A DNA stretch of 64,000 bases from Dehalococcoidia bacterium (GCA_963666185.1 OY762634.1:1716235-1780234), one strand, 5' to 3'; positions 32,124 through 42,181 are shown, numbered from the stretch's first letter. Program-made: numbers and translations. Notes: generated from the sequence alone by a model not told the origin.

Positions 32124-33155
32124 TTAGTCGCCGGAAGCGACAGCTTCCTTTTCCTCTTCCTGCGCCGCCGGGTCGTCCTCCGGGGGCAGCAGGTCGTTAT
32201 CTCTCAGTTTGTCGTACAGTTCGTTGTAGGACTTCTCGCCGAAGTTCCTTATGTTCATCAACTCGGCCTTGCTTCTCTCAAGCACCTCGCCCACCTTGTT
32301 TATGCCGTCGCGCTTGAGGCAGTTGAGCGTGCGAGAACTGAGGTCGAGCCTCTCTATCGGTATGTTGTACTGCTCCGCCTGCAACTTGTTGGCGACGATT
32401 GTCACCCCCTCGGTCACGGCCTGGACGCCCTCGGTTATGTTGGTGAACAGGAAGAACTGGTTGACCAGTATGTTCGACGCGCTCTTGAGCGCTTCGACCG
32501 GCCTTATCGAGCCGTCGGTCCATATTTGAAGCGCCAGCCTCTCGAAGTCGGTGCGCTGCCCGACACGGGTGCGCTCCACCGTATAGTTCACCTTCCTGAT
32601 GGGCGTGAAAATCGCGTCTATCGGCAGCACGCCTATGGCCTGCCCCTCGTCCTCCGAGGCGTCTTTGTAGCCCTTGCCCCGCTCGACGTTCATCTCCAGG
32701 GACAGCTTGGAGTCCGCCGAAGCCAGCGTTGCCAGGTGCAGGTCCGGGTTCACCACGTCGAAGTCCGCCGACGCCATTATGTCCGCCGCGCTCACCTGCC
32801 CTTCGCCCGCCACTTCCAGACGCAGCTTGCCGGGTCTGTCAACCTCAGACCGCAGCCTGATCGCCTTGACGTTCAGCAGTATCTCGGTCACCTGCTCCTT
32901 GACGTTCGGTATCGTCTGGTATTCGTGCTGCACGCCCTCTATCTTGACCGACGTTATCGCCGTTCCTTCCAGACCGCTGTACAGTATGCGGCGCATCGGA
33001 TTGCCGAGCGTAACGCCGTACCCCGGCTCCAGCGGCTCGATCACGAACTCGCCGTACCTATCCTCGTCCACCTCGACCCGTATGCTCGGGTCAAGCGCCA
33101 ACTCTTCTTCCTCGTAGGGAATCTCCGGCATAAATGTAGTCATGTCATAGACCAT
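32124..33155 (-). CDS. rpoA: DNA-directed RNA polymerase subunit alpha
   Basis: 343 aa. 'GYGVTLGNPMRRILYS', C-terminal domain 'LDLSSRTLNCLKRDGINKVGEV', acidic tail. Confidence 0.95.
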   Translation of the reverse strand: MVYDMTTFMPEIPYEEEELALDPSIRVEVDEDRYGEFVIEPLEPGYGVTLGNPMRRILYSGLEGTAITSVKIEGVQHEYQTIPNVKEQVTEILLNVKAIRLRSEVDRPGKLRLEVAGEGQVSAADIMASADFDVVNPDLHLATLASADSKLSLEMNVERGKGYKDASEDEGQAIGVLPIDAIFTPIRKVNYTVERTRVGQRTDFERLALQIWTDGSIRPVEALKSASNILVNQFFLFTNITEGVQAVTEGVTIVANKLQAEQYNIPIERLDLSSRTLNCLKRDGINKVGEVLERSKAELMNIRNFGEKSYNELYDKLRDNDLLPPEDDPAAQEEEKEAVASGD

Positions 33156-33201
33156 GCGCCACCCTCCTTAACGAAACATCGGGACAGCAATTGTAGGGAG
33201 G

Positions 33202-33840
33202 CTACTTCGAGTAGAACTCGATAACCAGCCTGGCGTCTATTCCCGTCTCTATCTCAGCTATGTCCGGCAGAGAAGCCACCTCGCCCGTCAGATTGGCGAC
33301 GTCCAGCCTCAGCCAGGGCGGAACCGGCCTCTTGGGAAGCCCGTCCGTCAGGTCCTGTATGAACTGCGGCGGAGACGCCCCGTTAGATCCGACCCGCTTC
33401 CACGCCACCACGTCCCCCGGCTCCACCAGGTACGACGGAATATCCATCCGCCGCCCGTTGATAGTGAAGTGGCCGTGGTTCACAAGCTGCCTGCCCTGCT
33501 GCCTGGAGTCGGCCATCGAAAGCCGGTATATCACGTTGTCCAGGCGCGTCTCCAGTATCTGGAGCAGGTTGTCGCCCGTCACGCCCGGCCGGTTTCGCGC
33601 CATGTCGAAATACTTCCTGAACTGCCGCTCAAGCACTCCGTAGGTGAACCGCGCCTTCTGCTTCTCCCGAAGCTGAATCGCCCAGTCCGAGGGCCTGCGA
33701 CGCCTGGGAGTCGAATCTCCCGGCGGCCTTCTTCTGCGCTCCACCGCGCAGCGGGGCGTGTAGCAACGCTCCCCCTTCAGAAAGAGTTTCTCGCCTATGC
33801 GCCGGCATTTCCGGCAAACCGCGTCCTTATATCTCGCCAT
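33202..33840 (-). CDS. rpsD: 30S ribosomal protein S4
   Basis: 212 aa. 'MARYKDAVCRKCRRIGEKLFLKGERC', 'LESRLDNVIYRL'-like segment, S4 RNA-binding domain. Confidence 0.95.
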   Translation of the reverse strand: MARYKDAVCRKCRRIGEKLFLKGERCYTPRCAVERRRRPPGDSTPRRRRPSDWAIQLREKQKARFTYGVLERQFRKYFDMARNRPGVTGDNLLQILETRLDNVIYRLSMADSRQQGRQLVNHGHFTINGRRMDIPSYLVEPGDVVAWKRVGSNGASPPQFIQDLTDGLPKRPVPPWLRLDVANLTGEVASLPDIAEIETGIDARLVIEFYSK

Positions 33841-33867
33841 CAGCCTTCCTTGTCTCTTTTCCTTCGA

Positions 33868-34749
33868 CTACGCGCGCTCATATCCCATTTCAGTGGACAA
33901 GCGCTCTATGTCGTAATTCTCTTTTCTCACTCTAAGATCGTAGTAAAGCAAAGTTGTCGCTATAAAAGTAACCGGCGCTATCACTATCGAAGCTATCCTG
34001 TTCAGAACTATCCCGATTGCCAAAACCGGGAACGATTGCGCCTCTCCCGAGGCCGCCGCCGACCCCAGAAACAAAGACGGTATGGACAACACGAAGAACA
34101 GTCCCAGAACCACGAAACCATATACCAGCAGGTGACCCACAACTCGCCACTTGCTCCCCCGGAGCAGTTCGGCTCCCCGTCCGAACGCGCTTCCCGAACG
34201 GTGTCCCTCGACTATTATGGCGGGCATTATCGCCACCAGGTAGATGCTGAATATCAGCATGGCCACCAGGGCCGCCATTACTATTCCCGCCCCCAGCAGT
34301 ACGCCCGTCGCTAGCTCGGGTTCCACGGTTTCCGTCGCGGGTTCCACCACTCCCTGTATGTTGATGGCCTGCCATATCAGTACCGCGAACAACGCGCCCA
34401 CTATAAGCGCGGGAATCGCCACCGACACTATGCGCCAGACAACCCGGACATAGCAGCGTTCCACCGATACGTCTTCAACCAGGAAGTGCTGTCCCACCGC
34501 GAATATCGCCGCGCCGTACACCAGCATCGAGGCCATGGCGTCTATGACGCTCACGCCCACCAGCGCCCAGTCGCTGTCCGGCGCCGCCAGGCTCACAAGC
34601 AGTTCGATAACCACCACCGGAACCTGTATGACCGCTACCAGGACGATGAACTTCCTGAAGTGACGCCAGTAGATGCCGAACGTATCCCCCAGTATGTCCA
34701 TCACGCCGCGTTCTATAAGCTGTCTGTCCCTCCTCTGTTCCTCTAACAT
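33868..34749 (-). CDS. Polytopic membrane protein (GP-PDE membrane-domain / DUF-type), inserted in the alpha operon
   Basis: 293 aa, about 6 TM helices. N-terminal 'ILGDTFGIYWRHFRKFIVLVAV' and C-terminal 'TTLLYYDLRVRKENYDIERL' resemble the glycerophosphodiester-phosphodiesterase membrane-domain family. 24-nt and 27-nt gaps to rpsK and rpsD, same strand. Confidence 0.6.
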   Translation of the reverse strand: MLEEQRRDRQLIERGVMDILGDTFGIYWRHFRKFIVLVAVIQVPVVVIELLVSLAAPDSDWALVGVSVIDAMASMLVYGAAIFAVGQHFLVEDVSVERCYVRVVWRIVSVAIPALIVGALFAVLIWQAINIQGVVEPATETVEPELATGVLLGAGIVMAALVAMLIFSIYLVAIMPAIIVEGHRSGSAFGRGAELLRGSKWRVVGHLLVYGFVVLGLFFVLSIPSLFLGSAAASGEAQSFPVLAIGIVLNRIASIVIAPVTFIATTLLYYDLRVRKENYDIERLSTEMGYERA

Positions 34750-34773
34750 TCGACTACTCGCGTCACGCCCGCG

Positions 34774-35160
34774 CTACACCCGGCGACGCTTGGGAGGTCT
34801 GCATCCGTTGTGCGGAATCGGCGTCACGTCCCTGATGGACGTCACCAGTATTCCCGCGCCCTGGAGCGCTCGGATGGCCGCCTCGCGTCCCGAACCCGGC
34901 CCGCGAACATACACGTCCACCTGCCGGATGCCGTGTTCCATGCCCCTGCGCGCCGCGTCCTCGCCCGCGCGCTGCGCCACGAAAGCGGTTGATTTCCTGG
35001 AACCTCGGAAGCCCACCGTCCCCGAACTTCCCCACGCTATCGGGTTGCCCTGCGGGTCGGTTATCGTAATTATCGTGTTGTTGAACGTGGACTGAATATA
35101 CGCCCGGCCCACCGGAATGGACTTGCGCTCTCTGCGTCTCGCTCTCGGTCTTCTCGCCAT
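34774..35160 (-). CDS. rpsK: 30S ribosomal protein S11
   Basis: 128 aa. '[16 protein letters not shown]', '[14 protein letters not shown]'. Confidence 0.95.
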   Translation of the reverse strand: MARRPRARRRERKSIPVGRAYIQSTFNNTIITITDPQGNPIAWGSSGTVGFRGSRKSTAFVAQRAGEDAARRGMEHGIRQVDVYVRGPGSGREAAIRALQGAGILVTSIRDVTPIPHNGCRPPKRRRV

Positions 35161-35220
35161 ATCCTCGCTAAATCCTTACTTCGCTTCTCGATCTTACGCG
35201 CCCGGGCGCGATCCCCTGAT

Positions 35221-35259
35221 CCCCTCTCCCTTGATGGGAGAGGGCTGGGGTGAGGGTGA
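35221..35259 (+). repeat. REP1 hairpin repeat
   Basis: 'cccctctcccttgatgggagagggctggggtgagggtga' in the rpsM-rpsK spacer. Confidence 0.8.
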
Positions 35260-35266
35260 CTCACCT

Positions 35267-35650
35267 CTACTTCTTGTTCGTAGTCCGTCCGCGTCCGGCG
35301 ACAGCCACCCGCTTGCTGCGCTTGGCCCTCGCGTTCGTCTTCGTGCGCTGTCCGCGCACCGGAAGGTTGCGCCTGTGCCTCAGCCCGCGGTACGAACCTA
35401 TGTCAATCAGGCGGCGGATGTTCATGTTCACCTCGCGCCGAAGATCTCCCTCGACCGTCTTCTCGCGGTCTATGATCTCACGAATCCGCGCGAGCTGATC
35501 GTCCGACAACTCCCGCACCTTCGGATTGTCCAGAACGCCCGCCTTGTCGCAAACGTCCTTCGCCTGGCGCGGCCCGATGCCGTATATGCTTCTCAGCGAG
35601 ATTTCCACCCGCTTGTTGTCAGGAATGTTCACTCCCGATACTATCGCCAT
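35267..35650 (-). CDS. rpsM: 30S ribosomal protein S13
   Basis: 127 aa. 'GVNIPDNKRVEISLRSIYGIG', 'YRGLRHRRNLPVRGQRTKTNAR'. Confidence 0.95.
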   Translation of the reverse strand: MAIVSGVNIPDNKRVEISLRSIYGIGPRQAKDVCDKAGVLDNPKVRELSDDQLARIREIIDREKTVEGDLRREVNMNIRRLIDIGSYRGLRHRRNLPVRGQRTKTNARAKRSKRVAVAGRGRTTNKK

Positions 35651-35711
35651 GATATTCCCTCCTGATAAGCCTCTCCCATCGCGGAACGGGAAACTTTCGC
35701 AACCGTTCCCC

Positions 35712-35746
35712 TTAATTCCAAATTTCTAATTCTAAATTCACAATTG
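35712..35746. repeat. AT-rich 'AATTCCAAATTTCTAATT' motif family
   Basis: 'ttaattccaaatttctaattctaaattcacaattg'. 18/19 nt are shared with 48984-49002. Related copies at 37784, 48228 and 49421. Confidence 0.6.
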
Positions 35747-35750
35747 CTCC

Positions 35751-35864
35751 CTACCCCTGCCGCTGCTTGTGCCTGGGGTTCTCGCAAATGACCATCACAC
35801 GTCTGTGGCGTCTGATCACCTTGCACTTGGCGCATCTAACCTTAACCGATGCCGAAACCTTCAT
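35751..35864 (-). CDS. rpmJ: 50S ribosomal protein L36
   Basis: Hand translation: '[37 protein letters not shown]' (37 aa). Below the ORF-track cut-off. In the expected infA-rpmJ-rpsM position. Confidence 0.9.
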   Translation of the reverse strand: MKVSASVKVRCAKCKVIRRHRRVMVICENPRHKQRQG

Positions 35865-35920
35865 GTCAGCCTCTTCCCAATCGGCCTTCAAGCCTGATTA
35901 TTTCGCTTTGATACCCGGGA

Positions 35921-36145
35921 CTACCTGAAGCGGTAGGTGATCCTTCCGCGCGTCAGGTCGTAGGGCGACAGTTCCACCAGAACCTTGTCCCCCGGCAGCA
36001 CGCGGATGAAGTTCAGCTTCAGCTTGCCAGACACATAGGCCAGAACCTTGTGCTCGTTGGCGAGCTCAACCCTGAAACTGGCGTTGGGCAGGGACTCCGT
36101 CACCGTGCCCTCTACCTCGATAGCCTCTTTCTGCTTCTTCGCCAT
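35921..36145 (-). CDS. infA: Translation initiation factor IF-1
   Basis: 74 aa. '[31 protein letters not shown]....[22 protein letters not shown]'. Confidence 0.95.
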   Translation of the reverse strand: MAKKQKEAIEVEGTVTESLPNASFRVELANEHKVLAYVSGKLKLNFIRVLPGDKVLVELSPYDLTRGRITYRFR

Positions 36146-37008
36146 CAGTCTCCTTTCGGGAAGCCCGCCGCCTGAATCAGGCGGGTCGTTATCACCGGGC
36201 CCCTATCCGTAACAATAACCGTATCTTCAAAATGCGCCGATAGGCTTCCGTCCGCGGTGGACACCGTCCACTCGTCCTCCAGAACCTTCGTCTCGGCGGT
36301 TCCTATATTCAGCATCGGCTCGATTGCCAGCCCCATACCCTTGCGAATAAGCGCGCCGTCGCCCGCCTTTCCATAGTTCGGAACCTGCGGCTCCTCGTGC
36401 ATCGCGTACCCGATTCCGTGTCCCACGTACTTCTTTACCAAATAATAACCAAGACCCTCCGCGTATCTCTGTATCGCGTTGGATATATCCCCGATTCTAG
36501 CCCCGGCCCTTACCTTCGCTATACCCCTGTCCAGCGACTCTTTGGTCGCGTCCATGAGACGCTGCTGGTCTTTGTTCATCTTGCCTATTCCCATAGAAAA
36601 CGCGCTGTCCCCGTGAACCCCGCCGTAGAACGCGCCCACGTCCACGCTCAGAATGTCCCCTTCCTTCAGCCTTCTCCGGCTCGGTATGCCGTGAACTATC
36701 TCATCGTTCACCGACGCGCATATCGTCGCCGGAAATGCGTAGGGCATGGACATCCCCGGGTTATATCCCTTGAACGAGGGAACCGCGCCCAACTTCCGGA
36801 TAGTGCTTTCGGCTATGGCGTCCAACTCCCGCGTCTCTATTCCGGGCGCCGCCGCCTCCATCATATTCGCCTTCGCGTGCGCGACTATCTGCCCCGCCTC
36901 GATCATCATGTTCAGGTCGCGGCGCGACTTTATAGTTATTCCACCTGACCTCCGGTTACGGCGGGCCATATAAGCTATCTTCCTCCAGGCTGACCTTAAT
37001 TTATCCAT
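36145..37008 (-). CDS. map: Type I methionine aminopeptidase
   Basis: 287 aa. '[14 protein letters not shown]', '[16 protein letters not shown]', 'GHGIG...HE.P.V.NY'. The start is uncertain (37008 or the Met at 36969). Confidence 0.9.
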   Translation of the reverse strand: MDKLRSAWRKIAYMARRNRRSGGITIKSRRDLNMMIEAGQIVAHAKANMMEAAAPGIETRELDAIAESTIRKLGAVPSFKGYNPGMSMPYAFPATICASVNDEIVHGIPSRRRLKEGDILSVDVGAFYGGVHGDSAFSMGIGKMNKDQQRLMDATKESLDRGIAKVRAGARIGDISNAIQRYAEGLGYYLVKKYVGHGIGYAMHEEPQVPNYGKAGDGALIRKGMGLAIEPMLNIGTAETKVLEDEWTVSTADGSLSAHFEDTVIVTDRGPVITTRLIQAAGFPKGD

Positions 37009-37017
37009 TCACTTTAT

Positions 37018-37056
37018 CCCTTCCCCCTTGATGGGGGAAGGCCAGGATGGGGGTGA
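37018..37056 (+). repeat. REP1 hairpin repeat (CCCTTCCCCC subtype)
   Basis: 'cccttcccccttgatgggggaaggccaggatgggggtga' in the adk-map spacer. Confidence 0.8.
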
Positions 37057-37127
37057 AACCCCAGCCGCCCGCGCTCTCACTTCAAGATAGACGACAATTC
37101 TACATAAAATCCTATATCTTCAACAAA

Positions 37128-37769
37128 TCACCCGCTCACCGCCGCCTCCAGCGCCTCCCCCACCGCCTCCACCGACCGCTCCCCGTCCACGTCCGACAAT
37201 ATCCCCGCGCCCCGATAATAGTCCAGAATCGGCTGCGTCTCCTCGTTGTAAACCTCGATGCGCCGCGCCACCACCTCCGCCTTGTCATCGTCGCGCTGGT
37301 ACAGGCTTCCGCCGCAATCGTCGCACTCCCCCTCCACCGACGGCGGCGACGTGTTCAGGTTGTACGGAATCTGGCACTCTGTACATATAATCCGGCCGCC
37401 CAGCCTGCGAACAAGCTCGTCGTCCGACACGCTTATCAGCGCCACGTGGTCAATCCCGCCCCGCTCCGACAGCGCCTCGTCGAGCGCTTGCGCCTGCGCC
37501 TGCGTCCTCGGAAACCCGTCCAGCACGAAGCCGGACGAATGAGCCGGATCGTTTATCCACTCCATTATCATCCCGATGGTAACGTCATCCGGCACATACG
37601 CGCCGCGCTCCATGTAAGACCGCGCCAACTGACCGAGCTCGGTATCCCGTCGCTGGTGATCCCTGAACAGGTCCCCCGACGACACCGCGCTCACTCCAAG
37701 TTTCTGCGCCAGATTCGCCGCCTGCGTCCCTTTCCCGGACCCCGGCGGCCCCATCAGTATCACGTTCAA
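37128..37769 (-). CDS. adk: Adenylate kinase (zinc-lid type)
   Basis: 213 aa. P-loop 'GPPGSGKGTQA', lid 'CTECQ...CDDCGG'. Confidence 0.95.
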   Translation of the reverse strand: MNVILMGPPGSGKGTQAANLAQKLGVSAVSSGDLFRDHQRRDTELGQLARSYMERGAYVPDDVTIGMIMEWINDPAHSSGFVLDGFPRTQAQAQALDEALSERGGIDHVALISVSDDELVRRLGGRIICTECQIPYNLNTSPPSVEGECDDCGGSLYQRDDDKAEVVARRIEVYNEETQPILDYYRGAGILSDVDGERSVEAVGEALEAAVSG

Positions 37770-37783
37770 TTCAGTTTCAACCC

Positions 37784-37816
37784 CAAATTCCTAATTCTTA
37801 ATTCCCAATTCCAAAT
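37784..37816. repeat. AT-rich AATTC-motif repeat
   Basis: 'caaattcctaattcttaattcccaattccaaat' between the secY stop and the adk start. Confidence 0.55.
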
Positions 37817-39157
37817 TTAGCGTATGAACCCTTCGTAATTCCGCATCAACAACTGCGCCTCCAGCTGCCGCATCGTATCCAGCGCCACGCCCACCATGAT
37901 AAGCAAACTCGTGCTGGAAAGCGTCAGCGCCCTGACGTCCGTCGCCAGTGTAACGAAGTACGGAATGATAGCGATGACACCCAGGAACAGCGCGCCGCCC
38001 CAGGTTATCCTGATTATCACCCGGTTCAGATATTCCTGAGTCGGCCTGCCCGGCCTTATCCCCAGGATGAACCCTCCGTTCCTCTGCAAATTCTCCGCAA
38101 GGTTCTGCTGCTGGAATATCACCAGCGTATAGAAGAACGTGAATATCACCACAAGGATGAACACAGCTATCCAGTACGGGAAGTTGGACGGATCCAGCGT
38201 GTCCGTGAAGAATCTCGCCAGCCGCGTAAAGAACGAGTCCGATAGCGGATTCTGGAAGTAGCTGAATATCGTCGCCGGCAGAATGATTATGCTGAACGCG
38301 AAGATGAGCGGAATCATGCCCGCGCTGTTCACCCGCAGCGGCAGGAACGTCGAACCCGACTGCCTCTGCATCTGGCCGCCCCTGTATATGCTGCGTCCGT
38401 ACTGCACGGGTATCCGCCGCTGGGCCTCGTTGAACAGCACTATCACGTATATGATGCCGAACGCGAACAGCGCCAGAAGCAGCAGTCCGGCGGTCGCGTT
38501 GTTCTCAAGCATACCCTGGCCTATTATCGTCGGGAATCCCGCCACTATGCCGCCGAATATGATAAGCGAGATGCCGTTGCCCAGTCCGCGCTCAGAGATA
38601 AGCTCTCCAAGCCACACCAGGAACATAGTCCCGGCCACCATCGAGAACAGCATGGCGAAAGTGCCGATGTTCAGCCCGAAGTCCACGCCGGGAAGAACGC
38701 CCGACTGTCTCAGCAGCGTAAGCTGTCCCCAGGATTGCAGGAACGCGATTGGCACCGTCGCGTAGTGCGTTATCTGGTTTATCTTCTGCCGTCCGTAGTC
38801 CCCTTCCTGGGACAGCGCCTTCAGGCTCGGAACGGCTGGAACCAGTATCTGCATTATGATGGACGCCGTGATGTACGGATACACCCCAATCGCCGCCACG
38901 CTCAGATTCGCCAGCGCGCCCCCGCTGAACAGGTTCAGGAATCCAAGCAATTCCTGCTGCTGGAACGCCTGAGACAGCGCCTGCGTATCCACCCCCGGCA
39001 CCGGAACCTGCGCCACGAACCGGAAGATGACCAGCATCCCCAGCGTGAACAGTATCCGCGCGCGAAGGTCGGGCACCCGCATCGCGTCTATCATGGACTG
39101 TATCAGCTGCGGCCTCGATGACTGCTGCTGCGCTCTCGCCGCCTGCGCCTGGCGCAT
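37817..39157 (-). CDS. secY: Preprotein translocase subunit SecY
   Basis: 446 aa, 10 TM. 'GIYPYITASIIMQIL', 'GTMFLVWLGELISERGLGNGISLIIF'. Confidence 0.95.
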   Translation of the reverse strand: MRQAQAARAQQQSSRPQLIQSMIDAMRVPDLRARILFTLGMLVIFRFVAQVPVPGVDTQALSQAFQQQELLGFLNLFSGGALANLSVAAIGVYPYITASIIMQILVPAVPSLKALSQEGDYGRQKINQITHYATVPIAFLQSWGQLTLLRQSGVLPGVDFGLNIGTFAMLFSMVAGTMFLVWLGELISERGLGNGISLIIFGGIVAGFPTIIGQGMLENNATAGLLLLALFAFGIIYVIVLFNEAQRRIPVQYGRSIYRGGQMQRQSGSTFLPLRVNSAGMIPLIFAFSIIILPATIFSYFQNPLSDSFFTRLARFFTDTLDPSNFPYWIAVFILVVIFTFFYTLVIFQQQNLAENLQRNGGFILGIRPGRPTQEYLNRVIIRITWGGALFLGVIAIIPYFVTLATDVRALTLSSTSLLIMVGVALDTMRQLEAQLLMRNYEGFIR

Positions 39158-39203
39158 TAACCGGACTCCTTGCTATTCACCATTCGGGAATTGGTACGCC
39201 GCT

Positions 39204-39662
39204 TCACTCTATAACCGTCGCCGTGCCGCCCGCCGACTCTATCTTCTCACGCGCAGACGCCGAAAAGCGCTGCGCCGAGACACTGATAGCCGCGTCTATC
39301 TCGCCACGCCCAAGAATCTTGACCGGACTCCTCAGATCCTTCACGAACCCGACTTGTTTCAGCAATTCGGGCGTAACCTCGCTGTCTTCGGGAAGATGGT
39401 CGGCCAACAGAGAAAGTTGTTCAATGTTCACAACGCTGTATTCCTGTCGGAATATGTTGTTGAACCCGCGTATGCTCGGAAGCCGCTTGAGCAGCGACAA
39501 CTGCCCGCCCTGGAACTTGGTCATGGGCCCCTTGCCGCTGCGCGACTTCTGCCCCTTAAGACCGCGCCCTGAGTACGTGCCTCTGCCGCTCCCGTCGCCC
39601 CGGCCAACGCGCCTTCTATTCTTCTTAGCCCCTTTCGGGGATGTCATAAGATGCTGCTGCAT
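39204..39662 (-). CDS. rplO: 50S ribosomal protein L15
   Basis: 152 aa. 'RVGRGDGSGRGTYSGRGLKGQKSRSG'. Confidence 0.95.
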   Translation of the reverse strand: MQQHLMTSPKGAKKNRRRVGRGDGSGRGTYSGRGLKGQKSRSGKGPMTKFQGGQLSLLKRLPSIRGFNNIFRQEYSVVNIEQLSLLADHLPEDSEVTPELLKQVGFVKDLRSPVKILGRGEIDAAISVSAQRFSASAREKIESAGGTATVIE

Positions 39663-39743
39663 TTTGATACTGTCGCCCTATTCTTAAACTATGTCCTGTG
39701 GAACAGCCGCGAACGGCCTCCACTCATCATTACCGCCTCACCA

Positions 39744-39770
39744 CCGTCATTCCCGCGAAAGCGGGAATCC
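39744..39770 (+). repeat. REP2 hairpin repeat
   Basis: 'ccgtcattcccgcgaaagcgggaatcc' in the rpmD-rplO spacer. Confidence 0.8.
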
Positions 39771-39792
39771 ACATGAGACGAAACTGACTCGC

Positions 39793-39990
39793 TCAATCCG
39801 AATCCTCCGACTCCACCGGCCTAACCTCTACCAGGTGCCGAACCTTCTGGACAACCCCCATTATCGAAGGCGTATCCTCATGCTCGACCGTCTGGTGAAG
39901 CCGCCTCAGTCCGAGGCCCTCGATAGCCCGCTTCTGCGAACTCTCGTATCCAATCGCGCTCTTCTTCCAGGTTATAGCTATCTTCGCCAT
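39793..39990 (-). CDS. rpmD: 50S ribosomal protein L30
   Basis: 65 aa. 'IAITWKKSAIGYESSQKRAIEGLGLRRLHQTVEHEDTPSIMG'. Confidence 0.9.
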   Translation of the reverse strand: MAKIAITWKKSAIGYESSQKRAIEGLGLRRLHQTVEHEDTPSIMGVVQKVRHLVEVRPVESEDSD

Positions 39991-40013
39991 ACTTATGAAC
40001 TTTCTTCCTGAAT

Positions 40014-40051
40014 CCCCTCTCCCTTGATGAGAGAGGGCTAGGGTGAGGGTG
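40014..40051 (+). repeat. REP1 hairpin repeat
   Basis: 'cccctctcccttgatgagagagggctagggtgagggtg' in the rpsE-rpmD spacer. Confidence 0.8.
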
Positions 40052-40063
40052 TTCCCCCTCTTC

Positions 40064-40696
40064 CTAAGAACTTTCCTGCTGAGGCTGGGGCGTCGCCGCT
40101 GCCGCGGCGGCTGCCGCGGCCGCCTCTCTCTCGGCCTGTCGCGCCGCGCGGCGTTCGGCCTGTATCCTCTGTCGTTCCTTCACTTCCTCGACCGTCTGCC
40201 GCCTTCTGGCGAACTCATCTTCGGGAAGTCTCAGCTTCTTCAGCCCCTCGAACGTCGCCTTCACCACGTTCACCGGGTTGTTGCTGCGCCTCGACTTGGT
40301 GAGTATGTCTCGCACGCCCGCCAGTTCCACCACCGCGCGCACCGACCCGCCCGCTATAACGCCCGTGCCGGGCGCCGCCGGCTTCAGCATCACCAGCGAA
40401 CCGCCGTACTTGGACATTATCTCGTGCGGAATCGTCGAGCCTTTGAGCGGAACGGTTATCATGTTCGCCTTCGCCTTCACCGTGCCTTTTCGCACCGCGT
40501 CGGGAACCGCGTCCGCCTTGCCCATGCCTATGCCCACGTGGCCCTCGCCGTCTCCGACCACCACCACGGCGTTGAACCTCAGATGGCGACCGCCCTTCAC
40601 GACCTTCGCCACGCGGGATATTCGGACGACCCTCTCCACCAGGGCCATCTCATCCTGGTCTTCCTGATCCCGCCTCTGCGAGAAATTCGTAGTCAT
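40064..40696 (-). CDS. rpsE: 30S ribosomal protein S5 (with about 50-aa Arg/Ala/Gln-rich C-terminal extension)
   Basis: 210 aa. '[34 protein letters not shown]', '[11 protein letters not shown]'. The tail is '...[29 protein letters not shown]'. Confidence 0.95.
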   Translation of the reverse strand: MTTNFSQRRDQEDQDEMALVERVVRISRVAKVVKGGRHLRFNAVVVVGDGEGHVGIGMGKADAVPDAVRKGTVKAKANMITVPLKGSTIPHEIMSKYGGSLVMLKPAAPGTGVIAGGSVRAVVELAGVRDILTKSRRSNNPVNVVKATFEGLKKLRLPEDEFARRRQTVEEVKERQRIQAERRAARQAEREAAAAAAAAAATPQPQQESS

Positions 40697-41067
40697 TAGA
40701 AAACAAGCCCTCCCTTGCGCGCCGCCTCAGCCAGCGCCTTCGCCCTGCCGTGATACTTGAAGCCGCCCCTGTCGAAGACCACGCTCTTTATGCCCTTCTC
40801 AAGCGCGCGCTCCGCTATGACGCCGCCCACCAGCGCCGCGACCTCGGACTTGGGCTTGCCGCCGTTCACCCGCGCCTTCACGTCCGGGTCCAGGCTCGAC
40901 GCAGCCGCCAATGTATGGCCGCTCGCGTCGTCTATTATCTGGACGTATATGTTGTTCAGGCTGCGGAACACCGCCATGCGCGGACGCTCCGCGCTCCCGA
41001 ACACCTTCCTGCGGACTCGCTTGTGACGCACCTGACGGCGCGTCTTTCGCACTCTTGCCTTTGCCAC
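40696..41067 (-). CDS. rplR: 50S ribosomal protein L18
   Basis: 123 aa. '[20 protein letters not shown]', '[20 protein letters not shown]'. Confidence 0.95.
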   Translation of the reverse strand: MAKARVRKTRRQVRHKRVRRKVFGSAERPRMAVFRSLNNIYVQIIDDASGHTLAAASSLDPDVKARVNGGKPKSEVAALVGGVIAERALEKGIKSVVFDRGGFKYHGRAKALAEAARKGGLVF

Positions 41068-41068
41068 C

Positions 41069-41611
41069 CTATGCTCTCCTGGCGCTCTTGCCGGGCTTCA
41101 GATGCACGATCTCGCCCGAGTATCGAATACCCTTGCCCGTATATACGTTGGGCGGGCGCACCTTCCTTATCTCGGCGGCCAACTGCCCAACCGCTTGCTT
41201 GTCTATTCCATTCACCCGGATACGGTTGTTCCCCTCCACCGTCAGCGTTATCCCCTCCGGCGGAGCGATGTCAACCTGGTGGCTCAGCATCACGCTCAGC
41301 GTAATGCCCTTGCCGTTCTGCGCCACGCGGTATCCCACGCCCACCAGGTCAAGAACCTTCTCGAACCCGGCGCTGGTGCCCAGAACCATGTTGTTTATCA
41401 GGCTGCGCGTCAGCCCGTGCAGAGCCTTATGCTCGTTCGAGTCGCTTGGCCTTCCCACCACCACCGCGCCGTTGTCCTTGGACAGCGACATTTCGGGGTG
41501 AAAAGTCTGGCAGAGCTCGCCGCGAGGCCCCTTCACGGTCACCTGCTGGCCGCTGATCTGCGCGTCCACCCCCGTCGGGAGCGGTATCGGCTGATTTCCT
41601 ACTCTGGACAT
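41069..41611 (-). CDS. rplF: 50S ribosomal protein L6
   Basis: 180 aa. '[14 protein letters not shown]', 'GVGYRV', '[14 protein letters not shown]'. Confidence 0.95.
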   Translation of the reverse strand: MSRVGNQPIPLPTGVDAQISGQQVTVKGPRGELCQTFHPEMSLSKDNGAVVVGRPSDSNEHKALHGLTRSLINNMVLGTSAGFEKVLDLVGVGYRVAQNGKGITLSVMLSHQVDIAPPEGITLTVEGNNRIRVNGIDKQAVGQLAAEIRKVRPPNVYTGKGIRYSGEIVHLKPGKSARRA

Positions 41612-41621
41612 ACCAATCTCC

Positions 41622-42023
41622 TTACCAGACGTAACACAGAAGCTCGCCGCCGACTCCCAGCCGCCACGCCTGCCGTCCGGTCATAACCCCCTGCGAGGTC
41701 GAGAGCATCGCCACCCCCAGCCCGCCGAAGTACCTCGGTATCTCGCCCTTGCCCACGTAAACCCGCAGGCCGGGCTTGCTCACCCGCTTGAGCCCCATTA
41801 TCGAAGGCTCGCTGCGGCTTCTGTAATGGAGCCGTATCCTGATGGTCGCCTGCGGCGTTCCCTGCCTCACGAGGTCATAGCTCTCTACGAAACCCTCTTC
41901 CGTCAGGATTCGGGCCATCTCGCCCTTTATCCTTGAGGCCGGTATATTGACCGTCTCGTGCCGAGCGTTTACCGCGTTGCGAATCCGCGTGAGCATATCC
42001 GCTATCGGATCTGTTACTGACAT
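41622..42023 (-). CDS. rpsH: 30S ribosomal protein S8
   Basis: 133 aa. 'VTDPIADMLTRIRNA', 'GVAMLSTSQGVMT...A....VGGELLCYVW'. Confidence 0.95.
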   Translation of the reverse strand: MSVTDPIADMLTRIRNAVNARHETVNIPASRIKGEMARILTEEGFVESYDLVRQGTPQATIRIRLHYRSRSEPSIMGLKRVSKPGLRVYVGKGEIPRYFGGLGVAMLSTSQGVMTGRQAWRLGVGGELLCYVW

Positions 42024-42080
42024 ACTACTTTCCGTCCCTCTATCCAGGGTCTTTCGGTTATTTCCCGATACCGCTTCTGT

Positions 42081-42168
42081 CGTTCGTCCTGAGCTTGTCG
42101 AAGGGCCGCTCGTTCATGGTTCGCTCGTCCTGAGCTTGTCGTCGAAGGGAGCTTGTCGAAGGGCCGCC
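42081..42168 (+). repeat. REP3 repeat (CGTCCTGAGCTTGTCGAAGGGC family), 2-3 tandem/partial copies
   Basis: 'cgttcgtcctgagcttgtcgaagggccgc' and 'cgctcgtcctgagcttgtcgtcgaagggagcttgtcgaagggccgcc' in the rpsN-rpsH spacer. Another copy at 62686. Confidence 0.75.
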
Positions 42169-42181
42169 ACTAGGGGTCCCC

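Noticed and set aside
35070-35264. Short ORFs translating repeats (e.g. 35070-35264 -, 51632-51871 -, 39691-40011 +, 42303-42647 +)
   Set aside because: Their 'SPLPSRERG', 'FPRKRESI' and 'PLSLEGEG' peptides are simply translations of REP1 and REP2 hairpins in intergenic spacers.
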